From Candidatus Spongiisociaceae bacterium (lineage in GTDB: Bacteria; Actinomycetota; Acidimicrobiia; Spongiisociales; Spongiisociaceae): a stretch of DNA of 64,000 nucleotides. Below, piece after piece: positions 47,278 through 57,487 of the stretch. The first letter of the stretch is position 1. The number at the start of each line of letters is the position of its first letter. The notes under the pieces were generated by a model. The model ran no database searches, was not told the origin of the DNA, and saw nothing but the letters and a program-made list of their open reading frames with translations. The DNA lies in the NCBI GenBank assembly GCA_965262915.1, contig OZ253564.1, positions 1,984,001-2,048,000 on the forward strand, given 5' to 3'. The translations under genes and the position numbers were made by a program.

Positions 47278-48975
47278 ATGCGCTGGTCGAGAACGTTCAT
47301 ACCCACCCTCCGGGAAGATCCGGCCGACGCCGTGGCGCCCAGCCACCGGTTGCTGGTGCGCGGCGGCTTCATCCGCCAACTCATGGCGGGCTCCTATTCG
47401 ATGCTGCCGCTCGGTATGCGCGTCGCCCAGAAAGTCTCCCGAATCATCCGTGATGAGATGGACGCCATCGGCGGCCAGGAGTTCCTGGCGCCGGTGGTCC
47501 ACCCCGCCGAGATCTGGAAGAGGACCGGTCGCTGGGACGATGTCGAGGGAATCATGGTCAAGTTCGAGGACCGGAAGGGCGCCGATCTGGTGCTCGCCCT
47601 GACCCACGAGGAGGTCTTCGCGCATCTCGCGGCCGAGATGAGTTCCTACCGGGAACTGCCCCAGCTGTGGTACCACCTTCAGACCAAGTTCCGTGACGAG
47701 GCGCGTCCCAGGTCGGGTCTGCTCCGGGTCAGGGAGTTCATAATGAAGGACTCCTATTCCTTCGACTTGGACTCGGGCGGCCTCGACATCCAGTTCGAAG
47801 CCCATCGCGGCGCCTACGTCCGCATCTTCGCCCGCATGGGTTTGGATGCGATCCAGGTGGAGGCATCGTCGGGGAACATGGGAGGGACTGACTCGGTGGA
47901 GTTCGTGGTCCGGTCTCCCACAGGGGACGACCGAGTCGCTCTATGCGAGGAGTGCGGGTACGCGGCCAACCTCGAGCGGGCCGTGAGCAGGCTGGACGAA
48001 GTGGCCGATGATCCGTGGCCCGGACCGCCGGAGCCGTTCCCGACCCCCGGCGTCCGCACCATCGCCGCTCTGGCCGGGATGGGCGACGACACCGCGACCC
48101 GTCGCCAGATCAAGACGCTCATCTACGTGATCGGGGATCGGCTCGCCCTCGTGGTCCTCCGGGGCGACCACGATCTGGAGGTCCAGAAGCTCACGGACGC
48201 GGCAACCGATGTGGCTCGACCGGCTACCGAGGAGGAGATCCTGGAAGCGCTGGGCGCCCATCCGGGAAGCCTGGGGGCGGTCGGTGTGGACCTCCCGGTG
48301 ATGGCGGATCTTGCCCTGCGAGGTCGCTCGAACATGGTGACCGGCGCCAACCGGGACGACTTCCATCTTCGAGGGGTCGACGTCGAGCGCGACATAGCCG
48401 TGGGACGGTGGCTGGACCTGCGTAGCGTGAAGGACGGTGAGGCCTGCGCCCGGTGCCGAACGGGGGCCCTCTCGGTGTCGACCGTGATCGAAGTGGGTCA
48501 TATCTTCAAACTGGGCCTCAAGTACAGTGAGGCCTTGGGGGCCTCGGTGCTCGACCGCTCCGGCAAGCCGACCCCGCTCGTGATGGGTTCGTACGGCATC
48601 GGTGTGGGGAGGTCGATGGCGGCCATCGTCGAGGTTCGCCACGATGACAAGGGGATCGTCTGGCCGGTGTCCGTGGCGCCGTTCACGGTAGTGATCCTCT
48701 TGTTGCGCCCCGATCAGAAGGCCGTCCGCGAGGCGGGCGAGACCCTTTATCGAGATCTGTCGGAGGCGGGTGTCGATGTCATCCTCGACGACCGGAACGA
48801 GCGGCCCGGGGTGAAGTTCGCCGACGCGGAACTGGTCGGGATCCCGTACCGGCTGACGGTCGGCCCGCGGGGACTCAAGTCGGCAGAGGCCGAGTTGCGG
48901 TCGCGTGACGGATCGGTGGACGAATCGGTGGCGCTCGACGATGTGGTGGCAAGGATCTGCGGGTTGACCGGGTAG
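47278..48975 (+). CDS. proS: proline--tRNA ligase
   Basis: PTLREDP, THEE, KFRDEARPR.GLLRVREF, IEVGHIF.LG, MGSYGIG, GVKFADAELVG. Confidence 0.97.
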   Translation: MRWSRTFIPTLREDPADAVAPSHRLLVRGGFIRQLMAGSYSMLPLGMRVAQKVSRIIRDEMDAIGGQEFLAPVVHPAEIWKRTGRWDDVEGIMVKFEDRKGADLVLALTHEEVFAHLAAEMSSYRELPQLWYHLQTKFRDEARPRSGLLRVREFIMKDSYSFDLDSGGLDIQFEAHRGAYVRIFARMGLDAIQVEASSGNMGGTDSVEFVVRSPTGDDRVALCEECGYAANLERAVSRLDEVADDPWPGPPEPFPTPGVRTIAALAGMGDDTATRRQIKTLIYVIGDRLALVVLRGDHDLEVQKLTDAATDVARPATEEEILEALGAHPGSLGAVGVDLPVMADLALRGRSNMVTGANRDDFHLRGVDVERDIAVGRWLDLRSVKDGEACARCRTGALSVSTVIEVGHIFKLGLKYSEALGASVLDRSGKPTPLVMGSYGIGVGRSMAAIVEVRHDDKGIVWPVSVAPFTVVILLLRPDQKAVREAGETLYRDLSEAGVDVILDDRNERPGVKFADAELVGIPYRLTVGPRGLKSAEAELRSRDGSVDESVALDDVVARICGLTG

Positions 48976-49015
48976 TTCACGGGGACGCGGTCGGCTGTCC
49001 TCAGTTTCGTGCCGT

Positions 49016-49085
49016 TGCTATAATCGCGCCAAACTCGAAGGACGTGACTTTGTGGTACAAGGTGGGCGCCCAGCCCGCTTTTTTT
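49016..49085 (+). promoter_or_regulatory. extended -10 promoter and rimP-leader hairpin/attenuator
   Basis: TGCTATAAT at 49016-24; AAGGTGGGC-GCCCA-GCCCGCTT followed by a T tract (49059-85). Confidence 0.7.
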
Positions 49086-49205
49086 GTTGTCGACGCCGGT
49101 TGGCCCGGGCCTCCTGGCGTCTCCGCCGCGCCCGCAGGTACCCCGTCTTCCAACCGACCGCTCCGGTCGGAGAACCGGGTGGCAGACGGTCGGGGAGTGG
49201 ATGCT

Positions 49206-49688
49206 GTGACGATTGACGAGCACTTGTGGGAGATGTGTGAGGACTACTTGCACTCCGAAGGCCTGGAACTGGACGATCTGGTGGTGGCGGGTCGCGGGCC
49301 GCGCCTCGTCCGGATAACCATCGACCGTGACGGCGGCGTGGATGTCGAGCAGCTCGCCGCCGCCGCGCGAGCTCTGTCCCACCGCCTCGACGAGATGGAT
49401 CCTTTCGACGGTTCCTACTCTCTCGAGGTGACCTCGCCGGGCCTGGAGCGGCCGCTGCGGCGACCCCGTCACTTCCGAAAGTCGATCGGTAGGGACATCG
49501 TCGTCAAGACCCACGTGGACGTGGCGGGCGCCCGGCACCATCGCGGCGTGCTGGAAGACGTGGGCGCCGACCACTTCGTCGTCAGAGTCGACAGCGTCGC
49601 GCGGCGGATCGCGTTCGGGGACGTGCGTTTGGCACAGACCCGGTTCGAGTGGAAGAAGCAACCGAAGTCGGCCAGGAAATCGGGGTAA
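49206..49688 (+). CDS. rimP: ribosome maturation factor RimP
   Basis: IDRDGGVD, YSLEVTSPGLERPL; GTG start after GGGGAG. Confidence 0.93.
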   Translation: MTIDEHLWEMCEDYLHSEGLELDDLVVAGRGPRLVRITIDRDGGVDVEQLAAAARALSHRLDEMDPFDGSYSLEVTSPGLERPLRRPRHFRKSIGRDIVVKTHVDVAGARHHRGVLEDVGADHFVVRVDSVARRIAFGDVRLAQTRFEWKKQPKSARKSG

Positions 49689-49692
49689 CGAG

Positions 49693-50739
49693 ATGAGAAT
49701 GGACTATCAGGTCATGGAAGCCCTCGAAATGCTCGAACGGGAGCGGGGCATTCCCGTAGACACGATCCTGGACGCGCTCGCCAACGCCTTGGTGTCGGCA
49801 TACAAGCGCAGCCCCGGAGCGGCCGAAGAGGCTCGGGTGACCATCGAGCCGGACGGAGGCGAGATCATCGTCTACGCCCAGGAACTGGACGATGACGGGA
49901 ACGTGGTGAAGGAGTGGAAGGATACGCCCAGCGACTTCGGTCGTATCGCCGCCACGACCGCCAAGCAGGTGATCGCTCAACGCCTCAGAGAGGCCAAGCG
50001 CGAGCAGGTGTACGACGTGTACGAGGGCCGGGACGGGGACCTCGTCACCGGAATCGTCCAGCAGCACGACAACCGCTACACGATCCTGGACCTCGGTAAT
50101 GCCGAGGCGATAATGCCGGGCTCGGAACGGATCCCGTACGAACGTCTCGAGCGCAATGCCCGCGCCAAGGCGCTCATCATCGAGGTTCGCCGCGAGGCCA
50201 AGGGTCCCCAGATCGTGGTCTCCCGGTCCCACCCGGACTTCGTTCGCCGCTTGCTGGACCTCGAGGTACCCGAGTTGCTCGACGGTACTATCGAGATACG
50301 TTCCATCGCCCGCGAGGCCGGGCACCGTACCAAGATCGCGGTGGTCTCCAACGACCCCAACGTCGACCCCAAGGGCGCCTGCGTGGGAGCGCGCGGATCA
50401 CGGGTTCGCCAGGTGGTGAACGAACTGAGGGGCGAGAAGGTCGATGTGGTGCAATGGAGGGAGGAACCTGCCCAGTTCATCGCCGAGGCGCTCGGCCCGG
50501 CCAAGGTGCGGGAAGTGCAGGTGGACGAGGAGGAGAAGTCGGCGGTCGTCATGGTGAGCGAGTATCAGCTCTCGCTGGCCATCGGGCGTGAAGGTCAGAA
50601 CGCGCGGTTGGCCACCCGTTTGACCGGGTACAGGATCGACATCCGCAGCGACTCCCCGCATCGGCGGTCGCCTATGGTGGGCCCGTACGGTCCCCGGCGA
50701 ACCGGGCCGCCGCGGAGGACCGGGACAAGGAGGAGATAG
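49693..50739 (+). CDS. nusA: transcription factor NusA
   Basis: [43 protein letters not shown]. Confidence 0.97.
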   Translation: MRMDYQVMEALEMLERERGIPVDTILDALANALVSAYKRSPGAAEEARVTIEPDGGEIIVYAQELDDDGNVVKEWKDTPSDFGRIAATTAKQVIAQRLREAKREQVYDVYEGRDGDLVTGIVQQHDNRYTILDLGNAEAIMPGSERIPYERLERNARAKALIIEVRREAKGPQIVVSRSHPDFVRRLLDLEVPELLDGTIEIRSIAREAGHRTKIAVVSNDPNVDPKGACVGARGSRVRQVVNELRGEKVDVVQWREEPAQFIAEALGPAKVREVQVDEEEKSAVVMVSEYQLSLAIGREGQNARLATRLTGYRIDIRSDSPHRRSPMVGPYGPRRTGPPRRTGTRRR

Positions 50740-50748
50740 GCGATCCGT

Positions 50749-52779
50749 ATGGTGACGAAAAGAATCCATGAACTGGCCAAGGAGTTGGGACTTGCCTCCA
50801 GGGATGTCCTGGCCACGGCCCGCGACCTGGGATTGCCGGTTACCACAGCCTCGTCCGGCCTCGAACACGGGGACGCCGAAGCGCTTCGTTCCATGCTGCT
50901 GCCGGACGAACCGGAAGAGGAGCCTACCGAACCGGACGAGGCGTCGCCGCCGGTAGCGATCGAAGAACCACCCGCCCCGTCCCAGGACGAACCTGCAGTC
51001 GAGGAGATCCAGGTCATTACCGTGTCCCACGGCGTGTCCGTCCTAGAGATGGCGCGCGCGATGCGCCGGCCCGTAGGAGAGTTGGTCCGAAAGCTCATCT
51101 CCATGGGCCTGATGGCGGCGGCGGCCGCGCCGGTGCCGGAGGAGGCCATCGAACCTCTGGCCGAGCACTTCGGGTTCCTGGTCGAGATCGAACCCCCGGA
51201 GGCCGAGGTCGATGTCGCGGAGTCGTTGGTCAAGCCGAAGAGAGTTTTCGACGACCATCCGGCATCGCTGGTCGAGCGGCCGCCGGTTGTAACCGTCATG
51301 GGACATGTGGACCATGGCAAGACGACCCTTCTGGACGCCATCCGCCAGACCAACGTGGTTGCGGGTGAGGCGGGGGGCATCACCCAGCACATCGGCGCGT
51401 ACCAGGCATCGGTGGAGGGTCGCCCGCTGACGTTCATCGATACGCCGGGCCATGCGGCCTTCACAGCCATGCGAGCCCGGGGCGCCGAAGTCACCGATAT
51501 CGTGGTTCTCGTCGTTTCCGCCGACGACGGGGTGATGCCGCAGACGATCGAGGCGATCAACCACGCCACGGCAGCCGGAGTGCAGGTGATCGTGGCCATC
51601 AACAAGATGGACCTCGAGAACGCCAACCCGGTCCGGACCCGGGCGATGCTCACCGAGCACGGAGTGGTCACCGAGGAGTTGGGAGGGGACACCATCTCGG
51701 TGGAGCTGTCGGCGGTAACCGGGGAGGGTGTGGACACCCTGCTCGAGATGATCGACCTCGTCGCCCAGGTCTCCGAGTTCACGGCCAACCCGAGAGCGCC
51801 CGCCTCCGGTGTGGTCATCGAGAGCCATCTCGATCGGGGCCTAGGCCCCATCGCGACGGTCATCGTGCAGCGGGGCACCCTCAAGCGGACCAATTCCCTG
51901 GTGGCCGAGACGGTGAGCGGCCGGGTGAGGGCCATGACCAACGACAGGGGGGAGCGGGTCACCGCGGCCGGGCCGTCCGCCCCGGTACTGGTCTCGGGAT
52001 GGTCATCGGTGCCGGCTGCCGGAGATCTGTTCGAGGTCGTCAAGAACGACCGCGTGGCGCGTTCCATGGCGGCCCGGCAGGTGGAGGAACATCGGGCGAG
52101 GACCCTGGTCGTGCCTACCGCTCGGGAGCGGCTCGGGCAGTTGCTCGAACGTCTGCGCTCTCAGGAGCAGGCCGAACTCCGCCTGATCATCAAGGCCGAT
52201 GCCGACGGGTCGATCGGGGCGATCCGGGAAGCGGTCGGCAAGATCGCCAGGGAGGGAGGCCGGGTGACAGTGCTGCACGCCGCGGTCGGAGGGATCACGG
52301 AGAACGACATAACCCTCGCCGACGCCACCGATTCGATAGTCATCGGTTTCAACGTCCGCCCCGATCCTAACGCCCGCCGCGCGGCGGGAGGGGTCGGCGT
52401 GGAGGTCATGACCTACTCGATCATCTACGAGTTGCTGGACGAGATCGAACAGATGCTGGTGGGTCGCCTCGCGCCGGTGGAGGAGGAGCGGTTGCTCGGC
52501 ACCGCCGAGGTGAGGGCCATCTTCCGGGTTCCCAGGTTGGGTGCGGTGGCCGGTTGCTATGTCATGGAGGGTGTGATCCCCCGCGACGCCAAAGCCCGGA
52601 TCGTGCGGGACGGCATCGTGGTTTACGACGGCCGGGTCGCTTCTCTCCGGCGCTTCAAGGACGACGTGGCGGAGGTGGCAGCCGGGTACGAGTGCGGTGT
52701 GGGGCTCGATCGGTTTCGCGATGTCAAGGAGGGCGATGTCATCGAGACGTACCGGGTCGACGAAGTGGCTGCCCTGTGA
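50749..52779 (+). CDS. infB: translation initiation factor IF-2
   Basis: [40 protein letters not shown]. Confidence 0.98.
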   Translation: MVTKRIHELAKELGLASRDVLATARDLGLPVTTASSGLEHGDAEALRSMLLPDEPEEEPTEPDEASPPVAIEEPPAPSQDEPAVEEIQVITVSHGVSVLEMARAMRRPVGELVRKLISMGLMAAAAAPVPEEAIEPLAEHFGFLVEIEPPEAEVDVAESLVKPKRVFDDHPASLVERPPVVTVMGHVDHGKTTLLDAIRQTNVVAGEAGGITQHIGAYQASVEGRPLTFIDTPGHAAFTAMRARGAEVTDIVVLVVSADDGVMPQTIEAINHATAAGVQVIVAINKMDLENANPVRTRAMLTEHGVVTEELGGDTISVELSAVTGEGVDTLLEMIDLVAQVSEFTANPRAPASGVVIESHLDRGLGPIATVIVQRGTLKRTNSLVAETVSGRVRAMTNDRGERVTAAGPSAPVLVSGWSSVPAAGDLFEVVKNDRVARSMAARQVEEHRARTLVVPTARERLGQLLERLRSQEQAELRLIIKADADGSIGAIREAVGKIAREGGRVTVLHAAVGGITENDITLADATDSIVIGFNVRPDPNARRAAGGVGVEVMTYSIIYELLDEIEQMLVGRLAPVEEERLLGTAEVRAIFRVPRLGAVAGCYVMEGVIPRDAKARIVRDGIVVYDGRVASLRRFKDDVAEVAAGYECGVGLDRFRDVKEGDVIETYRVDEVAAL

Positions 52780-52800
52780 CCGGCTCGGCGTGATTATCGC

Positions 52801-53103
52801 GTGGCAACCATGCACGCGGCAGCGCTCCGTGTCGACCTCCGGCTGAGAGACGTCCACTCCCTCAAGTCCAAGCGTCGGCGGATCACACGGCTGTCCGCAT
52901 CTCTCCGCCGCGCCTTTCCCGTGGCATTCGCCGAGGTGGACTACCACGATCTGTGGCAGCGGGCTGCTGTCGGGGTGGGCATAGTCTCCCCTCACGCCTC
53001 GCAGTTGGAGATGGCGATCCACTCCGTACATCGTTTTCTCGAGCGCTGGGAGGAGGTGGAGGTCCTGTCGGTGGGAGTTTCCTACCTCGAGGATCCACCG
53101 TGA
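52801..53103 (+). CDS. DUF503 (YlxP) protein
   Basis: HSLKSKR, AEVDYHDLWQRA; position between infB and rbfA. Confidence 0.85.
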   Translation: MATMHAAALRVDLRLRDVHSLKSKRRRITRLSASLRRAFPVAFAEVDYHDLWQRAAVGVGIVSPHASQLEMAIHSVHRFLERWEEVEVLSVGVSYLEDPP

Positions 53104-53113
53104 GGGGTCGACG

Positions 53114-53473
53114 GTGACCGGCCAGCGTATGCGGAGGGTCAACGAGATCCTCCGGGAGGTGATCGCCGAGGAATGCGCCAACCTCAAGGATCCTCGCATC
53201 GGCTTTCTCACCGTGACCGGCGTGTCCACCTCGCCCGATCTCCGCAACGCCGATGTCTACTACACGGTGCTCGGTGGTCAGGAGGCCGAGGACGAAACCG
53301 CCCGGGCCCTGGCTGCGGCCGCTTCCCGTATCCGGGCGGCCGCGGGGGGCCAGGTACGGCTCAAGTACATTCCCAAGTTGACCTTCGTTCCCGACCCGGC
53401 CGTGGCCCACGCCCGCCGCATCGAGAGGATCCTGAGGGAGATCGGAGGGAAGGAGGTGTCCCATGATGCCTGA
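53114..53473 (+). CDS. rbfA: ribosome-binding factor A
   Basis: RVNE, LKDPRIGF.TVT.V..SPDL, LKYIPKLTF..D. Confidence 0.95.
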   Translation: MTGQRMRRVNEILREVIAEECANLKDPRIGFLTVTGVSTSPDLRNADVYYTVLGGQEAEDETARALAAAASRIRAAAGGQVRLKYIPKLTFVPDPAVAHARRIERILREIGGKEVSHDA

Positions 53474-54434
53474 TGCCGACCGGGGACTCGATGCCGCGGC
53501 CCGGGTGATCCTGAGCGCCGGGTCGCTGGTGGCGACCGGGCACGTGAACCCGGACGGCGATGCGTTGGGCGCGGCCCTCGGGCTGGCCCTGGTGTCCCGC
53601 TCCGAGGGCCGCCCGGCCGACGTGTGCTTCGGGGGCGATTTCGTCCTTCCGGACCACTTCGCTTTTCTCGATACCGCCCCGCTGTCGGATCCGAAGGATG
53701 TCGGCGCCCCCGATGTTCTGGTCGCATTCGATGTCAACGATCCCGAGAGGCTGGGTGGGGAGTTGGCGGAGTTGGTGGCCGCGGCGGGAACGGTCGTGAT
53801 GATCGATCACCACGTCGCCGGGCCGGGTTTCGGGGATATCCAGGTGTGTGATCCGAAGGCCCCGGCCGCCGCCCTGCTGTGCCGGCGTCTGATCAGGCGC
53901 CTCGGATGGACCCTGACGCCCGAGTCCGCCACCGCCCTCCTGCTGGGCCTGGTGACCGACACGGGCCGGTTCCAGTATTCGAACACCAATCCCGAGGCTT
54001 TCAGGATCGCGGCGGAACTGGTGGAAGCCGGCGCCCGCCCCGAGGTCATCGGCCAGGCCGTATACGAGTCGGTCAAGTTCGGTTACCTCGGCGTGGCGGG
54101 GCTCGTTCTGACCCGGGCTGTCCTGGAGCCGGCCCGGTGCCTCGTCTGGTCCTACCTCACCCGGGACGACCTCTCGCGCCACCGTATCGGGATGGAGGAC
54201 GCGGATGCACTGATCGATGCGGTCCGGGTGGCCCGGGAAGCCGAGGTGGCGCTGCTGGCCAAGGAGCAGCCGGACGGCAAGTGGAAAGTGAGCCTGCGGT
54301 CCCGACGCTTCGTCGATGTTGCGGCCATCGCCGGATCGATGGGAGGCGGGGGGCACCACCGGGCGTCGGGCTTCGAGTTCGACGGGCCGCTGGAAGACGC
54401 CATCGAAGCGGTGCGGCGCCGGCTCCCCGGGTGA
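53463..54434 (+). CDS. nrnA: DHH/DHHA1 phosphoesterase (NrnA-like nanoRNase)
   Basis: HVNPDGDA, IDHH, TDTGRF, SLRS, GGGGH. Confidence 0.85.
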   Translation: MMPDADRGLDAAARVILSAGSLVATGHVNPDGDALGAALGLALVSRSEGRPADVCFGGDFVLPDHFAFLDTAPLSDPKDVGAPDVLVAFDVNDPERLGGELAELVAAAGTVVMIDHHVAGPGFGDIQVCDPKAPAAALLCRRLIRRLGWTLTPESATALLLGLVTDTGRFQYSNTNPEAFRIAAELVEAGARPEVIGQAVYESVKFGYLGVAGLVLTRAVLEPARCLVWSYLTRDDLSRHRIGMEDADALIDAVRVAREAEVALLAKEQPDGKWKVSLRSRRFVDVAAIAGSMGGGGHHRASGFEFDGPLEDAIEAVRRRLPG

Positions 54435-55324
54435 GTACCGGACCCGCTTTCGTTCTGGTCGACAAGGCCGCTGGTTGGACCTCCCATGACGTGGTGGCCC
54501 GCGCGCGGAGTATTTTCCAGACGAGGAAGATCGGCCATGCGGGAACCCTGGATCCGATGGCCACCGGCTTGCTGGTGCTGGGTGTGGGCCGGGCGACCCG
54601 GTTGCTGCGTTTTGTCACCGACCAGCCCAAGGAGTACGAGGCCACCGCCTGTTTCGGGGTCGCCACCGATTCGCTGGATGCCGATGGCGAAGTGGTGGAC
54701 CGCAGGCCGATCGAGGTGGATGAGGACCGGTTGTCCGGTGTCATGGCCGGATTCGTCGGGGACATCCTCCAGGTTCCGCCGATGGTCTCGGCGGTCAGGA
54801 TCGGCGGGAAACGGCTTCACGAACTGGCGCGGCGCGGCCAGGAGGTGGAACGCCCGCCCCGATCGGTGCGGGTGGATCGTCTCGACTTGGAGGGTCTGGG
54901 CCCCGGACCCTTTCCACGCGTGCGGTTCCGGGTGGTGGGAGGCAGCGGGCTGTACGTGCGGGTCCTGGCCGATGACATCGCCCGGGCGCTGGGAGGGAGG
55001 GCCCATCTCACCGCCTTGCGAAGGGTCCGGAACGGGTTGCTGCGGGTGGGGAGCGCCCGCCCGATCGAAGGATTGGTGGATCTGGGCCGCAAGGGTCGGG
55101 TCGGTGAGGCGATGGTCACCCCGGGGGACGGGTTGTCCCACCTGGATAGGGTAGAGATGGACCCCGGGTTGATCGAGGCGGTCGGTCACGGGCGGCGCAT
55201 CCGGGCCGTAGCAGCAGGCGGTGTGGTCGGCGACGGCCCGGTGAGGATGATGGCCGGGTCCCGCCTGCTGGCTGTCTACCGTGTCGAGGGCGACGAACTG
55301 CTACCGGAGGTCGTGCTCGCGTGA
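54431..55324 (+). CDS. truB: tRNA pseudouridine-55 synthase
   Basis: DK..GWTSHDVV, GHAGTLDPMATG, QVPPMVSA. Confidence 0.95.
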   Translation: MSTGPAFVLVDKAAGWTSHDVVARARSIFQTRKIGHAGTLDPMATGLLVLGVGRATRLLRFVTDQPKEYEATACFGVATDSLDADGEVVDRRPIEVDEDRLSGVMAGFVGDILQVPPMVSAVRIGGKRLHELARRGQEVERPPRSVRVDRLDLEGLGPGPFPRVRFRVVGGSGLYVRVLADDIARALGGRAHLTALRRVRNGLLRVGSARPIEGLVDLGRKGRVGEAMVTPGDGLSHLDRVEMDPGLIEAVGHGRRIRAVAAGGVVGDGPVRMMAGSRLLAVYRVEGDELLPEVVLA

Positions 55325-55334
55325 AAGTGGTCTC

Positions 55335-56264
55335 ATGAGGGTATGGACCGGCGATCCGCGGATGTGGGGACCGGGTCCCGACTGCGGGACCGCGGTGACG
55401 ATCGGTGTGTTCGACGGAGTGCACCGAGGGCACCAGCAGGTCCTGGCCGGCCTGTCACTCCGGGCTCTCGAATTCGGGAACCTGGAGAAAGTGGTGGTCA
55501 CCTTCGATATACATCCGCGCTCGTTGCTGACCCCCGCCCGAGCCCCGAAGATGCTCACCACGGTTTCCCGGCGCCTCGAGCTTCTCGAGTCGATGGGCAT
55601 CGACCAGGTGGGGGTCCTGCCTTTCACCCTCATCCGCCACCTCGCTCCCGAGGAGTTCGTCCGCTGCGTCGTGGTGCGCGGGTTCACCGCCCGGGTCGTG
55701 TCGGTGGGTCACGACTTCCGCTACGGCACGGGGAGGTCCGGTGATGTGGCGGGCCTGCGGGCGAGAGGAGAGGTACACGGGTTTGTGGTCGAGGAGCAAG
55801 AACTCCTGGCAGGTGAGCGGGGTCCGGTCTCCTCCTCCGCTATCCGCCGCTCGATCGCGGAGGGTGACATGGTGACGGCGACGATGCTGCTGGGTCGTCA
55901 ACACCGCTTGTACGGATCGGTCGTTGCGGTGGACCGGCGAGGAGCATCGCTCGGGATTCCTGGCGCGCTCGTGGAGATCGACCGATCCATGGCCGTACCG
56001 TGCCAGGGCGTGTACGCGGTGTGGACGGAGATGGGCGGGGATCCCCTCCCGGGGCTGTGCTACATCGGTCCTCCCTGCGGCCCGGCAAGTCCGGAGGATC
56101 CGTTGGCTGTCCACGTACTGGACTGGAGCGGTGATCTACAAGCCCGGGAGATCGGGGTGCGCTTCGTGGAACGAATCCGCGGACTGCAACCCGGCAAGGG
56201 TGTCGAGCGGCAGGCGACGCGCATCGCAGGAGACGCGGCCCGGGTCCGCCGGCTACTCGGATGA
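55335..56264 (+). CDS. ribF: RibF-family FAD synthetase with degenerate riboflavin kinase domain
   Basis: GVFDGVHRGH, GHDFRYG, VSSSAIR intact; kinase PTAN and EXH motifs altered. Confidence 0.85.
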   Translation: MRVWTGDPRMWGPGPDCGTAVTIGVFDGVHRGHQQVLAGLSLRALEFGNLEKVVVTFDIHPRSLLTPARAPKMLTTVSRRLELLESMGIDQVGVLPFTLIRHLAPEEFVRCVVVRGFTARVVSVGHDFRYGTGRSGDVAGLRARGEVHGFVVEEQELLAGERGPVSSSAIRRSIAEGDMVTATMLLGRQHRLYGSVVAVDRRGASLGIPGALVEIDRSMAVPCQGVYAVWTEMGGDPLPGLCYIGPPCGPASPEDPLAVHVLDWSGDLQAREIGVRFVERIRGLQPGKGVERQATRIAGDAARVRRLLG

Positions 56265-56271
56265 ACCCTAG

Positions 56272-56369
56272 GAGAATGCTGAAAAACGGGTAATTGGTTG
56301 GTCCGTCGTCCGCTGACGTGGCATTTTGTCATCGACGGCCGGCCCAACGGGGGGTTTCTCAGCACTCTC
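56272..56369 (+). mobile_element. ~98-bp miniature inverted-repeat element, copy 3
   Basis: CTAG-GAGAATGCTGAAAAAC...GTTTCTCAGCACTCTC-CTCG. Confidence 0.75.
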
Positions 56370-56603
56370 CTCGACCGGACGGTCAGCGTGGCGGCGGTCC
56401 GACCTGGAAACGACGTAGGCGACCGCAAGCCGGGAATACTCGGCGATCGTAGGTGGACTCCTTCCGCCACCGGCGTCCGGCGGCGGACGCGCGCGGCTCG
56501 CCACCCGACCGCGCGAGGGTCTTGATTTCGATCGGTTCATGACGAATGATTGGGGGACGGCGCTGTGGGAGGATCGCGAGCCGGAAGGATGGATGGATAG
56601 CAC

Positions 56604-56801
56604 ATGGATGACCGCAAGTCTCGTGACCGCCTGACCTCGTTGTATGTGAGCCTTCTGAGGCTGACGTGGTTGCACATGGTCCTGCGCATACTCCTGTTGC
56701 AACGTTGGGTACTGACCACTTGGCGATACGTGGTCTTCGGGATCGACACACGACGACCGCCCCGTCCCACTCAGCAGGAGTTGAGAGACCTGTACGGGTG
56801 A
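56604..56801 (+). CDS. small hypothetical protein
   Basis: 65-aa ORF with a purine-rich upstream region and a hydrophobic core; no family recognised. Confidence 0.3.
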   Translation: MDDRKSRDRLTSLYVSLLRLTWLHMVLRILLLQRWVLTTWRYVVFGIDTRRPPRPTQQELRDLYG

Positions 56802-56903
56802 GCCGGCGGCCATGTCTGCAGTCTCCCGGTTAGGTGCTACACTTCCCCCGACCCCCCACTACTTCGCGCACCCGTTCGGGATGCCAGGGTCGAGCGAGAG
56901 AAG

Positions 56904-57161
56904 ATGAACACGACCCAAGAGACAGTCGCCGAATTCGGTGCTCATGACAGCGATACAGGATCTCCCGAGGTCCAAGTGGCGTTGCTCACCGGACGGATCC
57001 GCCATCTCACCGAGCACCTGCGCGAGCACAAGCACGATCATCACAGTCGTCGCGGCTTGCTGATGATGGTTGGCAAGCGTCGGCGACTCCTGAAGTACCT
57101 TCGGCGGACCGAGGTGGAGCGGTACCGCAGGCTGATCGCCAAGCTCGGGCTGCGGCGTTAG
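56904..57161 (+). CDS. rpsO: 30S ribosomal protein S15
   Basis: [34 protein letters not shown]. Confidence 0.98.
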   Translation: MNTTQETVAEFGAHDSDTGSPEVQVALLTGRIRHLTEHLREHKHDHHSRRGLLMMVGKRRRLLKYLRRTEVERYRRLIAKLGLRR

Positions 57162-57338
57162 AGGTCGACCGGGCGGTGGCTTCGAGGCTGCGCCCGGCTA
57201 GTCGGTGGGTCGAGATGGGCTTTCGTCGCGGTTGCCCGGTGGGAGTCGGGTGACCGGATACAGGTTTCTCGGCGGCTTCCGCCACCCGGACAGATCAGAA
57301 AACCGAATACCAACCACAGAACAATGCAGACATATGGC

Positions 57339-57451
57339 AGCTCGGGAGCGCAGCGCCGGTCGGTTGTCAGTCGCCATCCCTTCGGAGCACCCCGTGATCG
57401 GGGTCCGGAGGTATGACCACTGGTAATTGACTGAGTTCGCTTCCCGAAGCT
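57339..57451 (+). promoter_or_regulatory. long pnp leader hairpin (Actino-pnp-like / RNase III substrate)
   Basis: CGGTCGGTTGTCAGT pairs with ACTGGTAATTGACTG; outer AGCTCGGGAGCG pairs with CGCTTCCCGAAGCT; directly upstream of pnp. Confidence 0.6.
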
Positions 57452-57487
57452 CCATGCAACAAGACAACGGAGAGACAAGGAGAGCGC

